IMG/VR virus record: IMGVR_UViG_3300029288_000076
Span: 96,001-160,000 of that record
Source of the DNA: a virus
Taxonomy: Duplodnaviria; Caudoviricetes
Direction: 5' to 3' (one strand)
DNA length: 64,000 nt
Under the pieces are notes generated by a model. The model searched no databases. It was given only the letters and a program-made list of their open reading frames with translations, and had not been told where the DNA came from. The position numbers and the translations under genes were made by a program. Shown piece by piece: positions 20,570-31,120 of the stretch (within the stretch, counting starts at the first letter, position 1; each line of letters starts with the position of its first letter).

Positions 20570-20775
20570 TTAAAAAAGTAATTTTCCGCTTTAGGTCTAA
20601 TATATAAAACACTCCATTCAGCATGGCAATCTTGACATTCAATATGCTTTTCTATACCATGTTTTTTTAATTCTGGATGTCTATCGTGTTCTGGTGTTTT
20701 GCCTGTTAAAATAACATAGCCTAAGCACCAAGGACATATGCTATCATTAGGATAATTAAGCATTCTTTTTGTCAT
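20536..20775 (-). CDS. zinc-ribbon small protein
   Basis: CPWC...CQDC. Confidence 0.6.
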   Translation of the reverse strand: MTKRMLNYPNDSICPWCLGYVILTGKTPEHDRHPELKKHGIEKHIECQDCHAEWSVLYIRPKAENYFFKKLVELVRHKK

Positions 20776-20785
20776 TTCTCACTCC

Positions 20786-21574
20786 TCATTTCTTATGCCT
20801 TACTAATTCAACTAACTTTCTTTTCAATTCCTCTTGGTCAAGCTCTCTATTTGTAGACCTAACTGCTTCTAGCATCAACTTATTAAACTCGTAATCAAAT
20901 CCATCGTGTCGCGTTTCAGTTATTTCAGTTGGATGCTCTCCTGTCAGCAAACTAATCTGCTTATCTACTTCTGCTAAAGTCTTTACTGCTTCACCCATAC
21001 TATTAAAGCCAAGATTCTGTGTCCATTTAGGTTCTTTAATATCAAGAAACTTTTGGATATCAGGAAACTTAGCATTAAAAATATAAGTCAAAACTAAAGT
21101 CCTAATAGCATGATAATCTGCTAATTTCTGAGCATCATCTACTATAAGTTCTTTGAAATAACCACGATCAAGTATCTTTTGCTGCTTCTTTAATTTTATA
21201 TTCTGTTTATCTATTACTGATCCAAGTTCAATTTGAGTGTCTATGTTTTTTAACAAAGCTAATTCTATAGCATCAATATCATCTAATATAGTTACTGCTC
21301 CTGTGATATCTGTAAATATCTTTTTTCTGCCAGCCGGAGTTAAACTGGCATAGTTTTCAACATCCTTCTGAGCTTTTTGAAGTATAAAATCAAGTCGCTT
21401 GTAGTTGTGCCAAATACAATTACACTGAAACTTTTCATCTGACCATTTAATCAAGCTAACTACACTAGGAAGTTCTTTATATTTTCGCTTTACTTCTGAA
21501 AATACATTTTTACATTCTCTATAAGCTAAGTAAGCTTTTTTATGATCAGCTACTGTAAATTCCGATTTTCTCAT
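20786..21574 (-). CDS. putative terminase small subunit-like or HTH protein
   Basis: N-terminal HTH-like segment ending SLIKW, helical body, LLTGEHPTEITE near C-terminus; tentative. Confidence 0.35.
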   Translation of the reverse strand: MRKSEFTVADHKKAYLAYRECKNVFSEVKRKYKELPSVVSLIKWSDEKFQCNCIWHNYKRLDFILQKAQKDVENYASLTPAGRKKIFTDITGAVTILDDIDAIELALLKNIDTQIELGSVIDKQNIKLKKQQKILDRGYFKELIVDDAQKLADYHAIRTLVLTYIFNAKFPDIQKFLDIKEPKWTQNLGFNSMGEAVKTLAEVDKQISLLTGEHPTEITETRHDGFDYEFNKLMLEAVRSTNRELDQEELKRKLVELVRHKK

Positions 21575-21874
21575 GTTATCCTATATTTAAATTTTAATAG
21601 TTTAAATTTTAAAGATAATAGTTATATATAAGTTAATTAATTATAATATAAACAATTCTTAAAATAGAGGCAATTACTAATAAGATAGAAAAACTAAGCA
21701 CTAAAAGTTTTAAGCATGTCTTTATACCTATTTCTTGTAATATACAAACAACTACAAATAGTAAAAATAAACCTAAAATTGTAAAAGCTGATATATTATA
21801 AAATGTTTCCACTTCTATCTCATTATATTAAATTTAAACTAATTTAAAGTATTATATAAGTTAATTTATTTATT

Positions 21875-22411
21875 TTAATTATCTTGTTTCCTTTCATATA
21901 AATTACACACTAACCAATTATCTTTAAAATGCTTTGGTAGAATTACTTTTTCATTACAAATAAATGGGTTATCATGTCGCATAGGATATCTACAAAATGT
22001 TATGACACTTCCATATACACAATTAAAACAACAATCTACGTGTTTTGCTGGTCTAAGATTAATATCTTTTGGACCTATTTTAACTATAATATTAAAAGCA
22101 TCGCCCATTTTAAGATAAGCAGATGAATATTTACTAGATAATTTATAGGCTTCTTTATTTATGATCCTAGAACCGCTTTTATTCCAAGTTAAGTTCCAAT
22201 GAGTTTCACGTTCTCCTCTAAAAATCATCATCGTGTTCTCAATTTCCTTTCTTATAGTCCTATAATCCTCTATAGTATATTTTTTATCAAGCTTTTTAAC
22301 TCTTTCAATCAGAGAATTAACTTCTTCAATATATTTACTATCTTGTGGAAGATTTTCTATAACAACTACAAGAGCATTAATTACTTCTTCGTACATTTTT
22401 CTTTCCTTCAA
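21875..22411 (-). CDS. hypothetical protein with C-terminal DCC-family Cys domain
   Basis: NLR..VDCCFNC...C...VCNLYERK. Confidence 0.55.
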   Translation of the reverse strand: MKERKMYEEVINALVVVIENLPQDSKYIEEVNSLIERVKKLDKKYTIEDYRTIRKEIENTMMIFRGERETHWNLTWNKSGSRIINKEAYKLSSKYSSAYLKMGDAFNIIVKIGPKDINLRPAKHVDCCFNCVYGSVITFCRYPMRHDNPFICNEKVILPKHFKDNWLVCNLYERKQDN

Positions 22412-22731
22412 ATAAACTTACATTATCTAATAGAATAATCTTGGAACATCAATACTATTATTACCTATTCGCAACTCTTTAGTAGAAATCTTTTTGCAGT
22501 ACTCTTTTATAGATTCTTCTATTGTATTTCCATTACCATAAACACCAACCAAAAAACCTTTATTATCTGGAACCCAAGAATTTTCAAATGTAGCAAAAAA
22601 CCTTGCTGGATCAGAAATAGGTAAATTTCTCTCCTCCACAATTAATTTTAAGTTATGTTGCTTTTCAAAATCTAAAATGTTTACATTTGGGATCATTATA
22701 ACTTCCATTTTATAATATCTCTTTCAAAAGT

Positions 22732-23019
22732 TTAAGAGTTAACAATATCTTGCTTCCTTTCATATAAATCACAAATATAGTAATAATAAGTCCAATTAGT
22801 CTTTTCATTATTAGAACAACTTAAGTCTACTTTCCAAGATTCCACATCTAGTCTATTCATCATACTACAAAAACCTTCTCCCTCAGCATAGTAGTATTTA
22901 TTAAAATACAAACAATTTGAACAGCAATCTGGTAAAGATACTTTTCTAAAGTTGTGCTCTATATTAAACTCTCTCCTTAGTATCATCCTCTTCCTCCATA
23001 TAAACTTCTTTCTATCCAT
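22732..23019 (-). CDS. PDCC-family Cys-rich protein
   Basis: NFRKVSLPDCCSNC...FC...ICDLYERK. Confidence 0.6.
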   Translation of the reverse strand: MDRKKFIWRKRMILRREFNIEHNFRKVSLPDCCSNCLYFNKYYYAEGEGFCSMMNRLDVESWKVDLSCSNNEKTNWTYYYYICDLYERKQDIVNS

Positions 23020-23453
23020 TCCCTACTAAGCCTATGAATTATTTGATTAAATTTATTCCTTTTATACCATTCAAGTACTGGCAAACCCCCTTTTATAGAT
23101 TTTCCCGCCCCTATCCAATCACATAACATTTCTTTAGTATAATCTCCATACATATAAATAGCTTCATATCCACCATCATCAAAATGTAAAATCCAGTATT
23201 GCCAGTGATGGGGATTTCTATGAATATGTTTTAACCAAGCTTTATTAAAAGCCTTTAAAAGAGAAAGTTTATCATACTCATCAAGTTTTGAATAATCACT
23301 ATAAAAATACTTTGCATAAGAAATAAATTCATCTGGCAAAAATTTACTTAGATCATGAGTTATTCCACGCCATAGTATTCCTTCTTTACGACATTCTATA
23401 AAGACATAATATTTATGTCTTAAAACATACCAAAAATATTTTAAATATATCAT
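22983..23453 (-). CDS. DUF5662-family HD-like protein
   Basis: RHK..V, HDLSK, HIHRNPHHWQYW, EMLCDWIGAG. Confidence 0.8.
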   Translation of the reverse strand: MIYLKYFWYVLRHKYYVFIECRKEGILWRGITHDLSKFLPDEFISYAKYFYSDYSKLDEYDKLSLLKAFNKAWLKHIHRNPHHWQYWILHFDDGGYEAIYMYGDYTKEMLCDWIGAGKSIKGGLPVLEWYKRNKFNQIIHRLSREWIERSLYGGRG

Positions 23454-23464
23454 TTTGTTTATCT

Positions 23465-23794
23465 TTAAAGAAATTTACTAAATTCCGCTATAAACATCTC
23501 ATTAATATTTTTCTGTTCGTCTATAAAAACAATAGTATAAAGCTCAAACAACTTATTGTTTTTACCTTTTTTCCAAATGTGAGTTTCTTCTTGACCATGT
23601 TTAATAGTCAATTTATAATAATCACTACCAAAAACATTTAATCCAGATAAACTATCTATTGGAGTTCCCAATGTAAATTCAACTCTACCTCCTAATACTG
23701 CTTTTGCTAAAAACTTATTATTAATATACCAGATCAACTTTTTAGTTTTTGTCAATTTAATAACAATATCTAATAACTTTTCTTCACTATTCAT
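23465..23794 (-). CDS. hypothetical protein, tandem paralog
   Basis: MNSEEKLLD..IKLTKTKKLIWY..KLFELY..EFSKFL. Confidence 0.65.
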   Translation of the reverse strand: MNSEEKLLDIVIKLTKTKKLIWYINNKFLAKAVLGGRVEFTLGTPIDSLSGLNVFGSDYYKLTIKHGQEETHIWKKGKNNKLFELYTIVFIDEQKNINEMFIAEFSKFL

Positions 23795-23805
23795 TTCACT
23801 TTCCT

Positions 23806-24147
23806 TTAAAGAAACTTACTAAATTCTTCTATAAGCTTTTCTTCTCCAACTTTATATTCTATATTATTAAAAATTATAGAATAGAGCTCAAACAATTTAC
23901 TATTCTTTGTATTGGTATCAAAGAAAATAGTTTTTATAACTAGTCCACATTGTTTAATTACTAAATTATAATAATCACTGGTATTAATGCCTCTTGAATA
24001 AAAAATTGTAAATTCATATCTGTTATCTAATATTGAGTGAGCTATAGCTGTATATTTGTTATCCATATACCAGATCAACTTTTTAGTTTTTGTCAATTTA
24101 ATAATGATGTCAATAACGACGTCTAATAATCTTTCTTCACTGTTCAT
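23806..24147 (-). CDS. hypothetical protein, tandem paralog
   Basis: MNSEERLLD..IKLTKTKKLIWY..KLFELY..EFSKFL. Confidence 0.65.
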   Translation of the reverse strand: MNSEERLLDVVIDIIIKLTKTKKLIWYMDNKYTAIAHSILDNRYEFTIFYSRGINTSDYYNLVIKQCGLVIKTIFFDTNTKNSKLFELYSIIFNNIEYKVGEEKLIEEFSKFL

Positions 24148-24359
24148 TTTATTTGACTCCTCCCTGTATTTTCTTTGACCAATCTAATTGTAATAGTTTC
24201 AAAATAATGATTTTTCTTGTCATCAACTTTTATTTCAAATACTCTTTTGCAAAGATCTTCTATAGATTCATTTTCTATATAATCATAAGCAACTAACAAA
24301 TCTCTAGAATGATCTCCTCTATATTCAGATGTTTCTTTTATAATTGAAAGTTTCATTTT

Positions 24360-24785
24360 CTATTCCTCATACGCATCATCTTTATTATTCCAAGGCTTAA
24401 AGTTTTCTATTTCTTCAATACTAGGAAATGAACCGGTAAAGCAAATAACACGATCATCAATGGTAACATGTGCTGGCGGTTTATAATCTGGAAATGTTAT
24501 TTCATTTACAAATTCTATTTCAAGACCATTTTCAATTAGATAACGCTCCATTGCTAATTTACCACACCACGGCTGATATTTTCTGTCTATTTCTCTTCCA
24601 CCATTTTTTGTTGGAACATTTCTACTTGAATGAATATAAACTTGAAACTTATCACACCCAATAAGATTTCTTAAAAAGTCAATTGCTCCAGGAACTGGAG
24701 GATCAGGAATTTTATCAAAATCAATCCAGCGCTGCTTATACGAATGTATAACACCATCAAAATCAATAACTACTATTGGTTTCAT
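24360..24785 (-). CDS. HAD-superfamily phosphatase (phage nucleotidase or PNKP-phosphatase-like)
   Basis: DFDGVIHSY motif I, HSSR motif II, KP..VTIDDR motifs III/IV. Confidence 0.85.
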   Translation of the reverse strand: MKPIVVIDFDGVIHSYKQRWIDFDKIPDPPVPGAIDFLRNLIGCDKFQVYIHSSRNVPTKNGGREIDRKYQPWCGKLAMERYLIENGLEIEFVNEITFPDYKPPAHVTIDDRVICFTGSFPSIEEIENFKPWNNKDDAYEE

Positions 24786-25273
24786 TCTTTAACCTCATTT
24801 TTAGTTTCAAAATGATGACAAAAATCATCCTCGTATTTTTGCATCTTTATTCTTTCATAATGACAACTACCATAACGCCTACCATAATGAGAATCTCTAT
24901 AATCATCATGAGTCCAATAAATACAATCGCTACATTTTCTAGATGTTTCCATATTTTATTAACCTCATTTCAAGTTCTTTAATTCTTTCTTCTGCTTCTC
25001 TTAAAGGATGTTTTGGACAAATCTTTATATGCTCATATAACACTTTTCTTCTCGAAGTTTGTGTTCCTGGAGGATAAGCATGACCACAATAGACACAAGT
25101 AATTATTGTGCCTTCTTGAAGATTATCAATCCATTTTTCAAGATCTAATATTTTTTGTTTTAAACTATTGATATAATCTACAATATCATTAGTAGTTATG
25201 CCACTTTCATAACCATCTTCTATTTGCAAAGTAGAATGGTTTAAAACAATTCCAAATTCATCGATACGCTGTT

Positions 25274-25726
25274 TCATTTTAATGCCTCTAATTCTTTATC
25301 TAAATCTCTTAACTCTGCTTCTGCTTCATTAAACTCTTCAGGATATCTAACTCTCAATTTTGCTATATTCTTTTTCATTACTTCTTCAAAACTAATATCA
25401 AGAACATCACAAATAATTGCTATATACCATAATAGATCCCCAACTTCTTCAACTAAATTTATATTATTTAAAGACTTATTATAAAATATATATTTTTTTA
25501 TAGCGTCAACAAGTTCTCCAGATTCAGTAGAGATGCCAAGAATAGCATGCATAAGCCTCTTATTAATATCTTTAGGTATATCATATGGACTTTCTGTTCT
25601 TTTTACTAAGTCAATATACCATTTACCAAATTTATTCTCATATTCAATAGGATTTTTAATAGTAAGTTCTTCTGGTAAATTTCCTGCTGAAATATTTTTA
25701 AATTTGTTGCTATAGTCTCTTTTCAT
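25274..25726 (-). CDS. MazG-like nucleoside triphosphate pyrophosphohydrolase
   Basis: HAILGISTESGEL.D..KK, EEVGDLLWY, NIAKL..RYP. Confidence 0.9.
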   Translation of the reverse strand: MKRDYSNKFKNISAGNLPEELTIKNPIEYENKFGKWYIDLVKRTESPYDIPKDINKRLMHAILGISTESGELVDAIKKYIFYNKSLNNINLVEEVGDLLWYIAIICDVLDISFEEVMKKNIAKLRVRYPEEFNEAEAELRDLDKELEALK

Positions 25727-26133
25727 TTCTTTTCCTCAATTTTTTCAACCACTTCTTTCTTTTCTTCTTTACTACTACTGTTTATTCTTGTCTTTATTTC
25801 TTCTTTTGTAGCTTCTTCTAAACATTTTCCAAGCGCATCTATACATGATGTATTATTCTTATCTTCTTTATCAAATGTAGGTGAAAGACATTGAATACCC
25901 TTTAGATCTTTGGCAATCTCAATTAATTCTGCTTCATGTTGCAAAGCTGTAGAAATCATTTTGCCAATAGCTTCGCCCATTGTACTTGGACAAGTACCAG
26001 CCTTTCCAAGTCTCATCATTACTTCTACTGGCTTCCCCTCAGAGTAATTAATTGTTATATATGCATTCCCACAACCTGTTTTTGTTTTTCTAGTAATACC
26101 AAATAGAACTTTATCTCTCTCTTTTTTAGCCAT
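25723..26133 (-). CDS. TSCPD-domain protein (class II ribonucleotide reductase C-terminal, NrdJb-like)
   Basis: TGCGNAYITIN, GKAG.C, IG..IS.ALQ, LKGIQC, TSCIDA. Confidence 0.85.
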   Translation of the reverse strand: MAKKERDKVLFGITRKTKTGCGNAYITINYSEGKPVEVMMRLGKAGTCPSTMGEAIGKMISTALQHEAELIEIAKDLKGIQCLSPTFDKEDKNNTSCIDALGKCLEEATKEEIKTRINSSSKEEKKEVVEKIEEKK

Positions 26134-26426
26134 TATTTATCAGTTTGAACCTCCTCATAAATACTTCTTTCAAAATTATCACATAGAGTATATACTTGAA
26201 TATACATTCCTTCGTGCTCATCTACAACGCTCATAAAGTTTGTTTCTTCTTCATCCTCATTCTCTTCATCTAAAAGTTTTGCTTCTTTAAGCTCTTCATC
26301 AATAAATTTGCATCTCCAATCATCTTCTAAACAACAACCAAATTCCATATGCTTGCAGACGTAGCAACAATCAGGAAAAGCATTTAAATCAATTTCTCTA
26401 AAATTAGCATTTTTCATTCTTTTCAT
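26133..26426 (-). CDS. PDCC-family Cys-rich protein
   Basis: NFREIDLNAFPDCCYVCKH...LCDNFERS. Confidence 0.6.
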   Translation of the reverse strand: MKRMKNANFREIDLNAFPDCCYVCKHMEFGCCLEDDWRCKFIDEELKEAKLLDEENEDEEETNFMSVVDEHEGMYIQVYTLCDNFERSIYEEVQTDK

Positions 26427-26428
26427 CT

Positions 26429-26806
26429 TTAATCACCATCATAAATTATTATTATTGGATGAAAATCTTCAGGCATAGGTGGTACTCCATCAAAATGAGT
26501 ATATATTTTTTCTTTTTGTTTCCATTCATAATAAAAAGTATTTATTTCTCTTATTCTATCATGCATAGTTGCTAAAAGAGGTTTTATATAATATTGGTCA
26601 GGAGTTAAAGAAGAATTCAAATCATTACTCAATGAAATTAGATCTGATTCTTTAATAACATATACTAATTCTTCATCTACTTTTTCCAATGTACATGGCA
26701 TTGACTTTATCCAAGCCATTTTTGCTGCATAATTATTATCATAATAATTTCTGCATGAGCATAGCATTAAAACAGTAAAAACTAAAATAGTAATTCTTTT
26801 AAACAT
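26429..26806 (-). CDS. lipoprotein (possibly o-spanin-like)
   Basis: MFKR, hydrophobic stretch, LCSC lipobox; two genes downstream of the M15 peptidase. Confidence 0.45.
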   Translation of the reverse strand: MFKRITILVFTVLMLCSCRNYYDNNYAAKMAWIKSMPCTLEKVDEELVYVIKESDLISLSNDLNSSLTPDQYYIKPLLATMHDRIREINTFYYEWKQKEKIYTHFDGVPPMPEDFHPIIIIYDGD

Positions 26807-27331
26807 CTCATATCCTCTTTAAGTAAATGGCTATTCTTTTTTTAACCTCTAATAAAAGCTTCCTTATTAAAACGTTTTGTTTAAAATACCAAAAAGATAT
26901 ATATCCATCGTCAATATCTAAATCCCTATAATCTACTGGCCATTTGACAAACTTCCTTAATAGTTTCCCATATATTTTATTAAACACTCTTGTAATAAAA
27001 TTAATAAGTTTTACCATTACAGCAATATAATACTTATTTGAATAAGCTAATCCGTCCCAACCAATAAAATCATTATAAGAAGAGCATTTATAAAGCGTTA
27101 AGTGTTTGCTGCTATACTTATTAGAAGGTTTATTACAATTAAAAAATGGACTAGAAAGTAGCCAAACTTTATTATAGAAAAATTTAATGTCATAATAATC
27201 AAAAAGAAGTGTATGAATTGGATTAGCATATGAAACAAGAACACCATACTTATCTTCTTTCTCTATAGCTAGTTTATTAATGCCATCAATAGCTTCTATA
27301 TAAATATCTTTTATCCAGCATCTATATTCTC

Positions 27332-27904
27332 CTACCATCTTGCACCTGTTACCCAATTTGAACTTTTATTTGGGCCTTCATATAAAAACGCACAATCTTC
27401 ATGAACAAGTGTTTTTCCATAAATTTTAAAACCTAATCTCAATTCAGGATGAATAGAAGTAATAAGCGAAAAGAATAGATCCGGGCTCATAGTTTTTCTA
27501 TTTACAACAGGAATAAGCTTATCAATAGCATAACATTCCCACCTACCAGTTTTAGTATTAAAAATAGGACAATGTGTAGAATGACCAGATGAGGTATCAT
27601 AACCTTCACGTTTCAAATCTTCTTGATGATTAAGACATCTACAACCAGAGTTTATAATAATAGGTCCTGGATATTTTTTGTTTTTCTCAGCCCTTTCATC
27701 TTCAAATGATTTAAGAATATAAGGATGGATAATCTGCGACCAATCTACTTCAGCACATTGACGCCTACCATATCTATGGCTACAACTGCAGGCTATTTCA
27801 GAATAAGTTATGTGATCTGAGACATACCACTTTCCGTTTTTTAAAAAAGCATTTTTAGGCTTATTATTTTCTATCTGAGGATAATTATTATATTCATTAA
27901 TCAA
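27332..27904 (-). CDS. peptidase M15A-like zinc peptidase (candidate endolysin)
   Basis: EIACSC, IIINSGCRC..H, STH...AID, VHED zinc-ligand pattern. Confidence 0.7.
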   Translation of the reverse strand: MINEYNNYPQIENNKPKNAFLKNGKWYVSDHITYSEIACSCSHRYGRRQCAEVDWSQIIHPYILKSFEDERAEKNKKYPGPIIINSGCRCLNHQEDLKREGYDTSSGHSTHCPIFNTKTGRWECYAIDKLIPVVNRKTMSPDLFFSLITSIHPELRLGFKIYGKTLVHEDCAFLYEGPNKSSNWVTGARW

Positions 27905-28086
27905 TTAACTCACCTTTATAATAAGTTAATATACATTCAAAAAATAACCATCCGCAAATGAAACTTATTTCTTTGTCAAGCTCGGCGTACATAAAATTTA
28001 ACCTTGGAATAATTTCGCAACTATTTAGATTATAACCATATTCTATAGTCAATCTTTTACAAAATACAAATTCATCCCACCAATCT

Positions 28087-28275
28087 TTAATCATTTTCTT
28101 TACTCCTTTCAAATTTATCACAAAAACCGTTTATTTGTGCATAAGCAGGCTGTATTCTATCTAAATAACAATAAATTTCTCCTTCACAACCAAAACTTGA
28201 TTTTTCACAAACATAGCAGCAATCAGGAAATTTAGACAAATTTATCTCTTTATAATTAGATCTAATTTCTTTCAT
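28087..28275 (-). CDS. PDCC-family Cys-rich protein (start revised to MKEIRS)
   Basis: NYKEINLSKFPDCCYVC...C...FCDKFERS. Confidence 0.6.
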   Translation of the reverse strand: MKEIRSNYKEINLSKFPDCCYVCEKSSFGCEGEIYCYLDRIQPAYAQINGFCDKFERSKEND

Positions 28276-28765
28276 TATTAATAAACTTTTCATCAACGTT
28301 TTCTTCTGCAGGCATATTATCAATAATAATATATCCATAATCTTGTGGTAACTTAGCACTATATAACTTAAATCTCAAAGGCCAGTTGTCTCTAAGCATA
28401 ATCCAATTGGCAACATTATCATTATGATTGATAATATGATTTTGAAGTGTAATAACGTTTTCAGCTCTTTTTATTCCTGTATTATTTTGTGCAAGATCAG
28501 TAATTACACCCGAAGGTACATGATACTCATATTCACCAATAATGTTATTACTAGTAGTATACACCCCAATATTTGTTTTTAGAGCTTGCATGCTTCCATA
28601 ATTATTCCAATCACTAGTTTTACCTATACAACTTCCCATTGAACTAAGTAACAATAAAACTGAAAATATTCCACCAAATATCTGCATACTATCATTATCA
28701 AAAATACAACCAAATATCCAAATAAATAATGCAACAATTCCTAATGTTAAAATAATCCAAACCAT
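28262..28765 (-). CDS. membrane protein
   Basis: Two TM helices; resembles 5823..6335. Confidence 0.6.
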   Translation of the reverse strand: MVWIILTLGIVALFIWIFGCIFDNDSMQIFGGIFSVLLLLSSMGSCIGKTSDWNNYGSMQALKTNIGVYTTSNNIIGEYEYHVPSGVITDLAQNNTGIKRAENVITLQNHIINHNDNVANWIMLRDNWPLRFKLYSAKLPQDYGYIIIDNMPAEENVDEKFINNERN

Positions 28766-29782
28766 TTTATTTCTCCTCAGCTATGAATATCTTATATTCT
28801 TTTTTAAGATCTTGAATTGCTGCTATATATCCTTCCCAATATGTTTTGATATGAACACCAGAATGAATAATTTTTGCTGCTTGTTCACACTCTGTCATCC
28901 TATCATAAAAAGATCTTTTTTCCATTATTCCTCCCTTAGTATATATTTTCCGTATTTTTCTTCAGCTTCAAAACACTTTTTGCATACCTTTCCTGTATAG
29001 CCAAAAACAACAAACCTAGACCATTTAATATGATTATTTTGAATCATATCTAAAATAGGTATTTTCTTTCTACATTTTTCACAAATATTTATCCTAGCAT
29101 ATTTACCATAAGTAGCTTTTATCAAAATCCATTTTAATTTTGCTATAAAAAAAGATCTATAACCATTCACATAACCTTCGCAGAGACTTGTTTCTCTAAC
29201 AATTGCATATTTACCAGACACTCCAGAAGTTACTTTATTATTTTTACATAAAGCAAAATTTTTATAAGAACACTCATCCCACCGCCCATAAACTCTTTTA
29301 AAAGATTCTATTACTTCTAGTTCTGATATAAGCGGCGAACTCCTAAGATAACTATGAAAATACTCTGAATATTTTTCCATTATTCCTCCTCTATACTTAT
29401 TTCATTCAAGCGTTTAATAGCATTTTGATAAATTTCTGGCGAAACATATCTTTTGAATTCTTGCAAAAGATAATTAAACTGATCTGAAAGCAATTGAACT
29501 CTTCTTAGCATATTATCATAATTATCATAATTATCTTTCTCAATCATTTTCAACCTCCTCCTCAACAGCGTGAGAAACTTCAAAAGGATTTATATAATGA
29601 ATAATTTTTTCAGATTCTTTTATCATAATAAATGGGCAGTTAAAGTCAAGAAGTTCTATCCCCTCAGTAGATTCAACTTCAAATGGAATCTTATCCTCAA
29701 TCCAACTAATATTTATTTTATATTTCTTTTTCTTCTTTGATTTTTCTGAAATACTAACTATATTATCCTTTTTGTTTTCCAA

Positions 29783-31117
29783 TTATAGTCCTCCCTTTCC
29801 TATTGCTTTGTATAAAAATCCTAACTCTGTTACTTTAACAGAATCAAAAACATTTCTTCCATCTACAATTATAAAAGTATTCATCAAACCTTTAATATCT
29901 TCAAGATCAATAGCTAGATATTCTTTATGCTTAGTAGCTACTACCAAGGCATCAGAATCTTTCAAAGCAGTTTTAATGTTATTTGTTAAATTAACACCAT
30001 GAAATTCTTTTACATAAGGATCATGGACTATAACTTCCGAACCTAAAGATAATAATTGATGAACCAAATCATAAGTAGGACTATTTCTAATGTCATCTGA
30101 ATTTTCAAGATAAGCAGCTCCCAGTATAGCTACTTTTATATTGGTAAAACGTTTCTCTTTAATTGTTAAGCATTCATATAGTAAACTAATGATATGATGA
30201 GGCATAGAATTATTAATACTTCTTGCTAACTCTACGAATTGAGTATGAACAGTTTTCTTTCCATATAACTTAAGACCATATAGCAATAACCAAGTATCTT
30301 TTGGAAGACAGTGGCCACCAACTCCAGTTCCTGGCAAATGCATCATTCTCTCAGATCTAGTATTTATAAGCTCTTGTACTTCATACACATTAATTCCAAG
30401 ACTTTCACAAATTAAAGCCATTTCATTTGCAAAAGCTATATTAACGTCCCTATAAGCATTTTCAATAGTTTTTGTAGCTTCAGCTGTTTTTATATTTGTA
30501 GTATAAATTGGAGCCTTTATTATTGATGAATATAGCTTCTTAGCTCTATATTCACTTTCTTTATCAAACCCACCTACTATTCTTGGAAGTTCTTTTATAG
30601 ATTGTAATAGCTTTCCGGGCATTAGTCTTTCAAATGAATAAGCCAATAAAAAATCTTTTCCTGCTTTTAAACCTGTTTGCTCTATAATTGGTATTATTAT
30701 GTTTTCAGTAGTTCCTGGAGCAAGAGTAGATTCTATAATTATAAGCGCTCCTGACTTCATCTTCCAACTCATTTCATGAATTGCTTCTTTAAGATCAATA
30801 TAATCTGGTTCATTATATTGATTTACTGGAGTTTGAACGCAAATTATAATAATATCTCTGTCACTTAATCTTGAATAATCATCAGTAGCATAAAAAGACT
30901 TTTTATCCACAACTCTTTTAATTAATTCTGCTAATTCAGGCTCATCACCATTTATAGTAGATTCACCAGCATTAAGTGTTTTTATCTTCCATTCACTATT
31001 CTTTGCTCCTTTCTCTAAACCTACAACATGATTGTCTTCAACATCAGCTAATAATGCTGCGCACGGGAGACCAACATATCCCATTCCTATTACTGCTATT
31101 TTTACTTGATTGTTCAT
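29783..31117 (-). CDS. wecC: nucleotide-sugar 6-dehydrogenase (UDP-ManNAc/UDP-GlcNAc dehydrogenase, WecC/WbpA family)
   Basis: GMGYVGLP, ICVQTP, ESTLAPGTT, ERLMPG, ENAYRDVNIAFANE, GVGGHCLPKD, DDIRNSP. Confidence 0.9.
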   Translation of the reverse strand: MNNQVKIAVIGMGYVGLPCAALLADVEDNHVVGLEKGAKNSEWKIKTLNAGESTINGDEPELAELIKRVVDKKSFYATDDYSRLSDRDIIIICVQTPVNQYNEPDYIDLKEAIHEMSWKMKSGALIIIESTLAPGTTENIIIPIIEQTGLKAGKDFLLAYSFERLMPGKLLQSIKELPRIVGGFDKESEYRAKKLYSSIIKAPIYTTNIKTAEATKTIENAYRDVNIAFANEMALICESLGINVYEVQELINTRSERMMHLPGTGVGGHCLPKDTWLLLYGLKLYGKKTVHTQFVELARSINNSMPHHIISLLYECLTIKEKRFTNIKVAILGAAYLENSDDIRNSPTYDLVHQLLSLGSEVIVHDPYVKEFHGVNLTNNIKTALKDSDALVVATKHKEYLAIDLEDIKGLMNTFIIVDGRNVFDSVKVTELGFLYKAIGKGGL

Positions 31118-31120
31118 ACT

